Assembly: GCA_053919585.1 (NCBI GenBank)
Contig: CM132816.1
Source: Euprymna scolopes
Taxonomy: Eukaryota
Length of the DNA: 64,000 bases
Reading direction: 5' to 3' (one strand)
Below are positions 37,601-49,473 of this stretch, in pieces (the stretch's first letter is position 1; each line of letters begins with the position of its first letter). Made by a program: the position numbers and the translations under genes. The notes beneath the pieces are model-generated. The model was not told where the DNA came from and ran no database searches. It was given only the letters and a program-made list of their open reading frames with translations.

Positions 37601-40600
37601 CGGAATTCGTTCCGATCTGCTGCTTCAACGAGCTCCCGTACCGCCTCTTATCGAAAATAAGTCCTGATCGAAAATGAGTATCCTAACAAGTAGGCCACAT
37701 ATTGCACCGGATGATCCACATAAAATCTGTGTCATCCCCCTTGCTACAATTGTTGGAATCGATAAGATTGGTTCACAATCCAAGTTTTTCGCCGCACAAT
37801 ACCATTCACTGAGGACTAAAGCGGAGGAACGCTTAGCAAGACAATCCTAGGGCCGTATCAATCTTATCAATCCGGTTCGTTAGGAGCTTCTTATCGAAAA
37901 TTAGACCAGATCGAAAATGATTGTCTTTTTAACAAGAAATACTCTTCGTTCTTGTATAAAATTGCATCGTTCCTTTCATCTCAATTCAACATGAGAAAAT
38001 GCCTCTTACTGCCAAATCCAAGTTATGGTTTGAATCGATAAGTTTGGTTCGCAAGAATCTTTGTCAAAATCCAAGTTTTCCGCCGCACAATACCATTCAC
38101 TGAGGACTAAAGCGGAGGAACGGTTAGCAAGACAATCCTGGGGACGTATCAATCTTATCAATCCGGTTCGTTAGGACCTTGCATAACGCCTCTTATCGAA
38201 AATTAGACTACAGCGAAAATGATTCTTTTTAACAAGAAATACTCTTTGTTCTTGTATAAAATCGCATCGTTCCTTTCATCTCAATTCAACATGAGAAAAT
38301 GCCTCTCACTGCCAAATCCAAGTTATGGTTTGAATCGATAAGTTTGGTTCGCAAGAATCTTTGTCAAAATCCAAGTTTTTCGCCGCACAATACTGCGGAC
38401 TAAAGCGGAGGAACGCTTAGCAAGACAATCCTAGGGACGCATCAATCTTATCACTTTGGTTCGTTAGGAGCTTGCATAACGCCTCTTATCGAAAATTAGA
38501 CCAGATCGAAAATGATTGTCTTTTTAACAAGAAATACTCTTTGTTCTTGTATAAAATCGCGTCAATCCAATTTGTCCCTTTCTTCTCGATTCAACCACAC
38601 ATGAGAAAATGCCTCTCACTGCCAAATCTAAATTATGGTCCGAATGCCCCTTCGGCAAAATACTCTGCGTTGAAATAAGTACCTAAGAAGTCTGTTAAAG
38701 AAGGCATTCTAACTTCAAGGGGGGCGAAAGTTAAAGAACCCGAGAGATGGCGAAGATTATACTCGTCGGCGTCTATCACGGATTAAAACCGGCGGATTCT
38801 TGCTAGCAAGCCTTGCTACGATTGTTTGATTCGATAAGTTCGGTTCGCAAGCAACTTTGTCAAAATTCAAGTTTTCCGCCACACAATACCAGTCACTGTA
38901 GACTAAAGCGGAGAAACGCTTAGCAAGACAATTCTAGCCTAATGACTGATCAATCTTATTTATGCAGGTTGTTCCGACCTGCATCAACGAGCTTCCGTGA
39001 CGCCTCTCATTGAAAATTAGACCAGATCGAAAATGAGCATGTACTGTCTCGAGTATGGTCCGAATTACCCCTACGTCGCCTCCTATAACATCCGATCGCC
39101 CTTTCTAACATCTGACTTAGGCCACGTCTTGCCCCGGATGATCAACACATGAGGTCTTTATTTCATCGTCGCTGTTATGGTCCGAATGCCCCAATGGCAA
39201 GATAGTCTACGTCGAAAGAAGGCATTCCAACTTCAAGACGTACGAAATGGGGCGAAAGATGGCCAAGACCGCCATACTCGTCGGAATTCGTTCCGATCTG
39301 CTGCTTCAACGAGCTCCCGTACCGCCTCTTATCGAAAATAAGTCCTGATCGAAAATGAGTATCCTAACAAGTAGGCCACATATTGCACCGGATGATCCAC
39401 ATAAAATCTGTGTCATCCCCCTTGCTACAATTGTTGGAATCGATAAGATTGGTTCACAATCCAAGTTTTTCGCCGCACAATACCATTCACTGAGGACTAA
39501 AGCGGAGGAACGCTTAGCAAGACAATCCTAGGGCCGTATCAATCTTATCAATCCGGTTCGTTAGGAGCTTCTTATCGAAAATTAGACCAGATCGAAAATG
39601 ATTGTCTTTTTAACAAGAAATACTCTTCGTTCTTGTATAAAATTGCATCGTTCCTTTCATCTCAATTCAACATGAGAAAATGCCTCTTACTGCCAAATCC
39701 AAGTTATGGTTTGAATCGATAAGTTTGGTTCGCAAGAATCTTTGTCAAAATCCAAGTTTTCCGCCGCACAATACCATTCACTGAGGACTAAAGCGGAGGA
39801 ACGGTTAGCAAGACAATCCTGGGGACGTATCAATCTTATCAATCCGGTTCGTTAGGACCTTGCATAACGCCTCTTATCGAAAATTAGACTACAGCGAAAA
39901 TGATTCTTTTTAACAAGAAATACTCTTTGTTCTTGTATAAAATCGCATCGTTCCTTTCATCTCAATTCAACATGAGAAAATGCCTCTCACTGCCAAATCC
40001 AAGTTATGGTTTGAATCGATAAGTTTGGTTCGCAAGAATCTTTGTCAAAATCCAAGTTTTTCGCCGCACAATACTGCGGACTAAAGCGGAGGAACGCTTA
40101 GCAAGACAATCCTAGGGACGCATCAATCTTATCACTTTGGTTCGTTAGGAGCTTGCATAACGCCTCTTATCGAAAATTAGACCAGATCGAAAATGATTGT
40201 CTTTTTAACAAGAAATACTCTTTGTTCTTGTATAAAATCGCGTCAATCCAATTTGTCCCTTTCTTCTCGATTCAACCACACATGAGAAAATGCCTCTCAC
40301 TGCCAAATCTAAATTATGGTCCGAATGCCCCTTCGGCAAAATACTCTGCGTTGAAATAAGTACCTAAGAAGTCTGTTAAAGAAGGCATTCTAACTTCAAG
40401 GGGGGCGAAAGTTAAAGAACCCGAGAGATGGCGAAGATTATACTCGTCGGCGTCTATCACGGATTAAAACCGGCGGATTCTTGCTAGCAAGCCTTGCTAC
40501 GATTGTTTGATTCGATAAGTTCGGTTCGCAAGCAACTTTGTCAAAATTCAAGTTTTCCGCCACACAATACCAGTCACTGTAGACTAAAGCGGAGAAACGC

Positions 40601-43600
40601 TTAGCAAGACAATTCTAGCCTAGGGACTGATCAATCTTATTTATGCAGGTTGTTCCGACCTGCTTCAACGAGCTTCCGTGACGCCTCTCATTGAAAATTA
40701 GACCAGATCGAAAATGAGCATGTACTGTCTCGAGTATGGTCCGAATTACCCCTACGTCGCCTCCTATAACATCCGATCGCCCTTTCTAACATCCGACTTA
40801 GGCCACGTCTTGCCCCGGATGATCAACACATGAGGTCTTTATTTCATCGTCGCTGTTATGGTCCGAATGCCCCAATGGCAAGATAGTCTACGTCGAAAGA
40901 AGGCATTCCAACTTCAAGACGTACGAAATGGGGCGAAAGATGGCCAAGACCGCTATACTCGTCGGAATTCGTTCCGATCTGCTGCTTCAACGAGCTCCCG
41001 TACCGCCTCTTATCGAAAATAAGTCCTGATCGAAAATGAGTATCCCACATATTGCACCGGATGATCCACATAAAATCTGTGTCATCCCCCTTGCTACAAT
41101 TGTTGGAATCGATAAGATTGGTTCACAATCCAAGTTTTTCGCCGCACAATACCATTCACTGAGGACTAAAGCGGAGGAACGCTTAGCAAGACAATCCTAG
41201 GGCCGTATCAATCTTATCAATCCGGTTCGTTAGGAGCTTCTTATCGAAAATTAGACCAGATCGAAAATGATTGTCTTTTTAACAAGAAATACTCTTTGTT
41301 CTTGTATAAAATTGCATCGTTCCTTTCATCTCAATTCAACATGAGAAAATGCCTCTCACTGCCAAATCCAAGTTATGGTTTGAATCGATAAGTTTGGTTC
41401 GCAAGAATCTTTGTCAAAATCCAAGTTTTCCGCCGCACAATACCATTCACTGAGGACTAAAGCGGAGGAACGGTTAGCAAGACAATCCTGGGGACGTATC
41501 AATCTTATCAATCCGGTTCGCCTCTTATCGAAAATTAGACTACAGCGAAAATGATTGTCTTTTTAACAAGAAATACTCTTTGTTCTTGTATAAAATCGCA
41601 TCGTTCCTTTCATCTCAATTCAACATGAGAAAATGCCTCTCACTGCCAAACTTGGTTATGGTTTGAATCGATAAGTTTGGTTCGCAAGAATCTTTGTCAA
41701 AATCCAAGTTTTTCGCCGCACAATACTGCGGACTAAAGCGGAGGAACGCTTAGCAAGACAATCCTAGGGACGCATCAATCTTATCACTTTGGTTCGTTAG
41801 GAGCTTGCATAACGCCTCTTATCGAAAATTAGACCAGATCGAAAATGATTGTCTTTTTAACAAGAAATACTCTTTGTTCTTGTATAAAATCGCGTCAATC
41901 CAATTTGTCCCTTTCTTCTCGATTCAACCACACATGAGAAAATGCCTCTCACTGCCAAATCTAAATTATGGTCCGAATGCCCCTGCGGCAAAATACTCTA
42001 CGTTTAAATAAGTACCTAAGAAGTCTGTTAAAGAAGGCATTCTAACTTCAAGGGGGGCGAAAGTTAAAGAACCCGAGAGATGGCGGAGACTATACTCGTC
42101 GGCGTCTATCACAGATTGAAACCGGCGGATTCTTGCTAGCAAGCCTTACTACGATTGTTTGAATCGATAAGTTTGGTTCGCAAGAATCATTGTCAAAATC
42201 CAAGTTTTTCGCTGCGGACTAAAGCGGACGAACGCTTAGCAAACAATCCTGGGGACGCATCTATCTTATCACTTGCATTCGTTAGGAGCTTGCATAACGA
42301 AAATTAGACTACAGCGAAAATGATTGTCTTTTTAACAAGAAATACTCTTTGTTCTTGTATAAAATTGCATCGTTCCTTTCATCTCAATTCAACATGAGAA
42401 AATGCCTCTCACTGCCAAATCCAAGTTATGGTTTGAATCGATTTGGTTCGCAAGAATCTTTGTCAAAATCCAAGTTTTTCGCCGCACAATACTGCGGACT
42501 AAAGCGGAGGAACGCTTAGCAAGACAATCCTAGGGACGCATCAATCTTATCACTTTGGTTCGTTAGGAGCTTGCATAACGCCTCTTATCGAAAATTAGAC
42601 CAGATCGAAAATGATTGTCTTTTTAACAAGAAATACTCTTTGTTCTTGTATAAAATCGCGTCAATCCAATTTGTCCCTTTCTTCTCGATTCAACCACACA
42701 TGAGAAAATGCCTCTCACTGCCAAATCTAAATTATGGTCCGAATGCCCCTGCGGCAAAATACTCTACGTTGAAATAAGTACCTAAGAAGTCTGTTAAAGA
42801 AGGCATTCTAACTTCAAGGGGGGCGAAAGTTAAAGAACCCGAGAGATGGCGGAGACTATACTCGTCGGCGTCTATCACAGATTGAAACCGGCGGATTCTT
42901 GCTAGCAAGCCTTGCTACGATTGTTTGAATCGATAAGTTTGGTTCGCAAGAATCATTGTCAAAATCCAAGTTTTTCGCTGCGGACTAAAGCGGACGAACG
43001 CTTAGCAAACAATCCTGGGGACGCATCTATCTTATCACTTGCATTCGTTAGGAGCTTGCATAACGAAAATTAGACTACAGCGAAAATGATTGTCTTTTTA
43101 ACAAGAAATACTCTTTGTTCTTGTATAAAATCGCGTCAATCCAATTTGTCCCTTTCTTCTCGATTCGACCACACACGAGAAAATGCCTCTCACTGCCAAA
43201 TCTAAATTATGGTCCGAATGCCCCTGCGGCAAAATACTCTACGTTGAAATAAGTACCTAAGAAGTCTGTTAAAGAAGGCATTCTAACTTCAAGGGGGGCG
43301 AAAGTTAAAGAACCCGAGAGATGGCGGAGACTATACTCGTCGGCGTCTATCACAGATTGAAACCGGCGGATTCTTGCTACCAAGCCTTGCTACGATTGTT
43401 TGAATCGATAAGTTTGGTTCGCAAGCAACTTTGTCAAAATTCAAGTTTTCCGCCACACAATACCAGTCACTGTAGACTAAAGCGGAGAAACGCTTAGCAA
43501 GACAATTCTAGCCTAGGGACTGATCAATCTGCATAAGCAGGTTGTTCCGACCTGCTTCAACGAGCTTCCGTGACGCCTCTCATTGAAAATAAGACCAGAT

Positions 43601-46600
43601 CGAAAATGAGCATGTACTGTCTCGAGTATGGTCCGAATTACCCCTACGTCGCCTATTACATCCGATCGCCCTTTCTAACATCCGACTTAGGCCACGTCTT
43701 GCCCCGGATGATCAACACATGAGGTCTTTATTTCATCGTCGCTGTTATGGTCCGAATGCCCCAATGGCAAGATAGTCTACGTCGAAAGAAGGCATTCCAA
43801 CTTCAAGACGTACGAAATGGGGCGAAAGATGGCCAAGACCGCTATACTCGTCGGAATTCGTTCCGATCTGCTGCTTCAACGAGCTCCCGTACCGCCTCTT
43901 ATCGAAAATAAGTCCTGATCGAAAATGAGTATCCTAACAAGTAGGCCACATATTGCACCGGATGATCCACATAAAATCTGTGTCATCCCCCTTGCTACAA
44001 TTGTTGGAATCGATAAGATTGGTTCACAATCCAAGTTTTTCGCCGCACAATACCATTCACTGAGGACTAAAGCGGAGGAACGCTTAGCAAGACAATCCTA
44101 GGGACGTATCAATCTTATCAATCCGGTTCGTTAGGAGCTTCTTATCGAAAATTAGACCAGATCAAAAATGATTGTCTTTTTAACAAGAAAATCTCTTTGT
44201 TCTTGTATAAAATTGCATCGTTCCTTTCATCTCAATTCAACATGAGAAAATGCCTCTCACTGCCAAATCCAAGTTATGGTTTGAATCGATAAGTTTGGTT
44301 CGCAAGAATCTTTGTCAAAATCCAAGTTTTCCGCCGCACAATACCATTCACTGAGGACTAAAGCGGAGGAACGGTTAGCAAGACAATCCTGGGGACGTAT
44401 CAATCTTATCAATCCGGTTCGTTAGGACCTTGCATAACGCCTCTTATCGAAAATTAGACTACAGCGAAAATGATTGTCTTTTTAACAAGAAATACTCTTT
44501 GTTCTTGTATAAAATCGCATCGTTCCTTTCATCTCAATTCAACATGAGAAAATGCCTCTCACTGCCAAACTTGGTTATGGTTTGAATCGATAAGTTTGGT
44601 TCGCAAGAATCTTTGTCAAAATCCAAGTTTTTCGCCGCACAATACTGCGGACTAAAGCGGAGGAACGCTTAGCAAGACAATCCTAGGGACGCATCAATCT
44701 TATCACTTTGGTTCGTTAGGAGCTTGCATAACGCCTCTTATCTTGCATAACGCCTCTTATCGAAAATTAGACCAGATCGAAAATGATTGTCTTTTTAACA
44801 AGAAATACTCTTTGTTCTTGTATAAAATCGCGTCAATCCAATTTGTCCCTTTCTTCTCGATTCAACCACACATGAGAAAATGCCTCTCACTGCCAAATCT
44901 AAATTATGGTCCGAATGCCCCTGCGGCAAAATACTCTACGTTGAAATAAGTACCTAAGAAGGCATTCTAACTTCAAGGGGGGCGAAAGTTAAAGAACCCG
45001 AGAGATGGCGAAGATATACTCGTCGGCGTCTATAACCGGCGGATTCTAGCTAGCATGCCTTGCTACGATTGTTTGATTCGATAAGTTCGGTTCGCAAGCA
45101 ACTTTGTCAAAATTCAAGTTTTCCGCCACACAATACCAGTCACTGAAGACATTGTACCGGATGATCCACATAAAATTTGTGTCATCATAACACCGGTTGC
45201 TACGATTGTTTGAATCGATAAGTTTGGTTCGCAAGAATCTTTGTCAAAATAGAAGTTTTCCGTCGCACAATCGCGGAGGAACGCTTAGCAAGACAATCCT
45301 GGGGACGTATCAATCTGATCAATCCGGTTCGTTAGGATCTTTCGTAACGCTTCTTATCGAAAATTAGACTACAACGAAAATGATTGTAATGTAAGAAATA
45401 CTCTTTGTTCTTGTACAAAATCGCATCAATCCAATTCGTTCCTTTCTTCTCGAGTCGACGACACATGAGAAAAGGCCTCTCACTGCCAAATCTAAGTTAT
45501 GGTCCGAATGCCCCTGCGGCAAGATAAATAGTCTACGTCGAAAAAAATACATGCATTCCAAATTCAAGACGTACGAAAGGGGGCGAAAGTGAAAGAACCC
45601 AAGAAATGGCGAAGACTCCTATACCACGTCTATCACGGATTATAACCGGCGGATTATACCTGATCAGCATGCCTTGCTTACGATTGTTTGAATCGATAAG
45701 TTCGGTTCTTTGTCAAAATTCAAGTTTTCCTTCGCACTATTGTGGAACGTAGGAACTCTTAGCAAGACAATTCTTAAGAGCCTGAGGACCGTCTTATCAA
45801 TCGTATCAATCCAGTTCGTTTCGATCAATCCAGTCTTTATTTCATCGTCGCTGCCAAAGTCGTTATGGTCCGAATGCCCCTGTTGCAAGATAGTCTACGT
45901 CGAAATAAGTACCTAAGAAATCTGTGAAAGAGTATTTCTTGTTAAAAAGACAATCATTTTCGATCTGGTCTTATAAGAGGCGTTATCTTGCCGCAGGGGC
46001 ATTCGGACCATAACTTGGATTTGGCAGTGAGAGGCATTTTATCATGTGTGGTCGAATCGAGAAGAAAGGAACGAATTGGATTGATGCGATTTTATACAAG
46101 AACAAAGAGTATTTCTTGGAAAAGCGTTAAAAAAGACAATCATTTTCGCTCTGGTCTAATTTTCAATAAGAGCTTGTAACGAACTGGATTGATAAGATTA
46201 ATCCGTCCCCAGGATTGCCTTGCTTGGATTTGACAAAGATTCTTTCGAACAAACTTATCGATTAAAACAATCGTAGCAAGGGGACCGGTGTTACGATGAC
46301 ACAGATTTTATGTGACTCATCCGGTTCGCCGTTTAGGATACTCATTTTCGATCAGGACTTATTTTCGATAAGAGGCGTTACGGATATTCGTTGAAGCAGA
46401 TCGGAACTTCGCAGGGCATTCGGACCATAACTAGCGACGATTAAATAAAGACATTTTGTGTGGATCATCATTTTGTGTGGATCAGCAAGACGTGGCCTAA
46501 TTAAGATGTTAGAAAGGGCGACGTAGGGGTAATTCGGACCATGCTCATTTTCGATCTGGTCTTATTTTCGATAAGCTCGTTGAAACAGATCGGACCGACC

Positions 46601-49037
46601 TGCATTGATAAGATTGATAAGACGGTCTAGGCTAGAATTGTCTTGCTAAGCGTTCCTCCGCTTCTTCAGTGACTTTGTGCGACGGAAAACGTGAATTTCG
46701 ACAAAGATGCTTGCGAACCGAACTTATCGATTCAACGCAAGGCATGCTGATTAGCTAGAATCCGCCGGTTTTAATCCGTGATAGACGCCGACGAGTGTAG
46801 CGGTCGGCGTCTATCACGGATTATAACCGGCGGATTCCAGCTTGCGTTGATTGTTTGAATCGATAAGTTCGGTTCGCAAGCATCTTTGTCAAAATTCAAG
46901 TTTTCCGCATCACAATACGAGTCACTGAACAGTAAAGTGAAGGGACGCTTAGCAAGACAATTCTAGCCTAGGGACTAGACCGTCTGATCAACGGCTTCCG
47001 TGACGCCTCTTATTGAAAATAAGACCTGATCGAAAATGAGCATGTACTGTCACGAGAATTACCCTTACGTCGCCTCTTATAACATCCGATCGCCCTTTCT
47101 AACATCCGAGTTATGCCACTTCTTGCCCTGGATGATCCACACATAATGTCTTTATTTCATGTCGAAATAAGTACCTAAGAAGTCTGTTAAACCCGAGAGA
47201 TACTCGTCGATTGGATTGATGCGATTTTATACAAGAACAAAGAGTATTTCTTGAAAAAGCATTAAAAACACAATATTCTGAATTTTCTGAATATTCTGAA
47301 TTTTCTAATTTGGAAAAAAAGACATTTTGTGTGGATCATCCAATGCAAGACGTGGCCTAATTAGAATATCATAAAGGGCGATCGGATGTTATAAGAGGGG
47401 ACATAGGGGTAATTCGGACCATACTCGAGACAGTACATGACGGAATTGTCATAAAAACGCCTGGGACCGACCGAAGGAGGAACCGCACAAACCGGGACCC
47501 TATCGCTTGCACAATCGGTGTTACGATGAGACAGATTTTGCGTGGATAACGCGGTGCAATATGTGGCCTACTTGTTAGGTACTCATTTTCGATCTGGTCT
47601 CATTTTCGATAAGATTGATAAGATTGATAAGACGGTCTGGTCGCCAGGCTCTTAAGAATTGTCTTGCTAAGCGTTCCTCCGCTTTGGTCTTCAGTGACTT
47701 GTGCGGCGGAAAACTTGAATTGTATATTTATTCAAACAATCGTAAACATCGTAAGCATGCTGATCAGCTAGAATCCGCCGGTTTTAATCCGTGATAGACG
47801 CCGTATAGCGATGGTATAGGAGTCTTCGCCATCTCTCGGGTACGTCTTGAAGTTGGAATGCCTTCTTTAACAGACTTCTTAGGTACTTATTTCGGCGTAG
47901 ACTAATTATCTTGCCGCAGGGGCATTCGGACCATAAAGGGCGATCGATGATAAATTATAAATGATAAATGATAGGATGATAAAAGAGGCGACGTAGGGGT
48001 AATTCGGAAAATATCATTTCCGATAAGACGCGTCACGGAAGCTCGTTGAAGCAGGTCGGAACGACCTGCATTGATAAGATTGATAAGATGGTCTAGGCTA
48101 GAATTGTCTTGCTAAGCGTTCCTCCGCTTTAGTCTTCAGTGCGGCGGAAAACTTGAATTTTGACAAAGATGCTTGCGAACCGAATCTATCGATTCAAACA
48201 ATCGTAGCAAGGCATGCTGATCAGCTAGAATCCGCCGGTTTTAATCCGTGATAGACGCCGACGTATAGGAGTCTTCGCCATCTCTCGGGTTCTTTAACTT
48301 TTCGTACGTCTTGAAGTTCCAACTGCTTTAACAGACTTCTTAGGTACTTATTTCGACGTAGACTATTTATCTTGCCGTAGGGGCATTCGGACCATAACTT
48401 GGCTTTGGAAGCGACGATGCCAGTGAAGAGGCATGTTCTCATGTGTCGTCGTATGGAGAAGACAGGAACGAATTGGATTGATGCGATTTTATACCAGAAC
48501 AAAGAGTATTTCTTGGAAAAGCGTTAAAAAGAAAATCATTTTCGATCTGGTCTAATTTTCGATAAGAGGCGTTACTGAAAGCTCGTAACGAACTGGATTG
48601 ATAAGATTGATACGTCCCCAGGATTGTCTTGCTAAGCGTTCCTTCGCTTTAGTCTTCAGTGAATGGTATTGTGCGGCGGAAACTTGGATTTTGACAAAGA
48701 TTCTTGAGAACCAAACTTATCGATTCAAACAATCGTAGCAAGGGGACCGGTGTTACGATGAGACAGATTTTGTGTGGATCATCCAGTGCAATATGTGGCC
48801 TACTTGTTAGGATACTCATTTACCTATTTTCGATGAGAGGCGTTACGGAAGCTCGTTGAAGCAGGTCGGAACGAACTGGATTGATAAGATTGATAAGGCT
48901 CTTAAGAATTGTCTTGCTAAGCATTCCTCCGCTTTAGTCTTCAGTGCGAAGGAAAACTTGAATTGGGGGGGGGAGCCTTTTAGTGCGTGTGCTTCTGCGA
49001 TAGTTCAGATTCGGGCTCTGGATCTGGTTCCACCTCA

Positions 49038-49473
49038 TCAGACGAAGGAGGGGGCTTTACTGAATCCGTGTATCGGCAGCTCATCTTCACTGCTTTCTTC
49101 CGGTAGAAGTTTTCGGGAAGCAAATTTTTCATAGGCTCCATGGCGAATGCCTTTGTACAGCGCAGCTATAATTGCGGTGACATTGATCTTTCTCTTCGTC
49201 CAACTTGGACACAGCCTGACGCTCACTATAGTATGTGATATGTGATATAGTACATTGATGAAGATGTACAGTTTGCGTCGTGTGTCAAAGAAAAGTTGGC
49301 TTAGTTTTGTCTGGAATGCAAGAATCCCAAACGTTAGATGGAAGAAGCACGTGTATCTCAATACACGTGCTTGGATGTTTATGAGGAAGATGGCACCCCA
49401 TAATGGAGGCGTGGCAGCGAAATTCCAACAAGGCCGACCGTTTTTGCATAGCCACGGGTTGTTGGGATGACAT
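49038..49473 (-). pseudogene. Orphan intronless ORF, apparently disrupted; product unknown
   Basis: Lies in a unique ~550-bp island in the satellite. The frame from ATG 49473 joins the C-terminal frame ending at 49038 if one TGA (49285-49287) is read through and a 7-bp tandem duplication (tatgtga x2, ~49232-49245) is removed. Confidence 0.35.

Noticed and set aside
34345-44949. Repeated 68-aa ORFs (MHNASYRK...) and other satellite ORFs as a gene family
   Set aside because: They start at TTG, indels between copies ignore frame, the copy at 36791 has a stop, and no domain is recognisable. They are by-products of the repeat.
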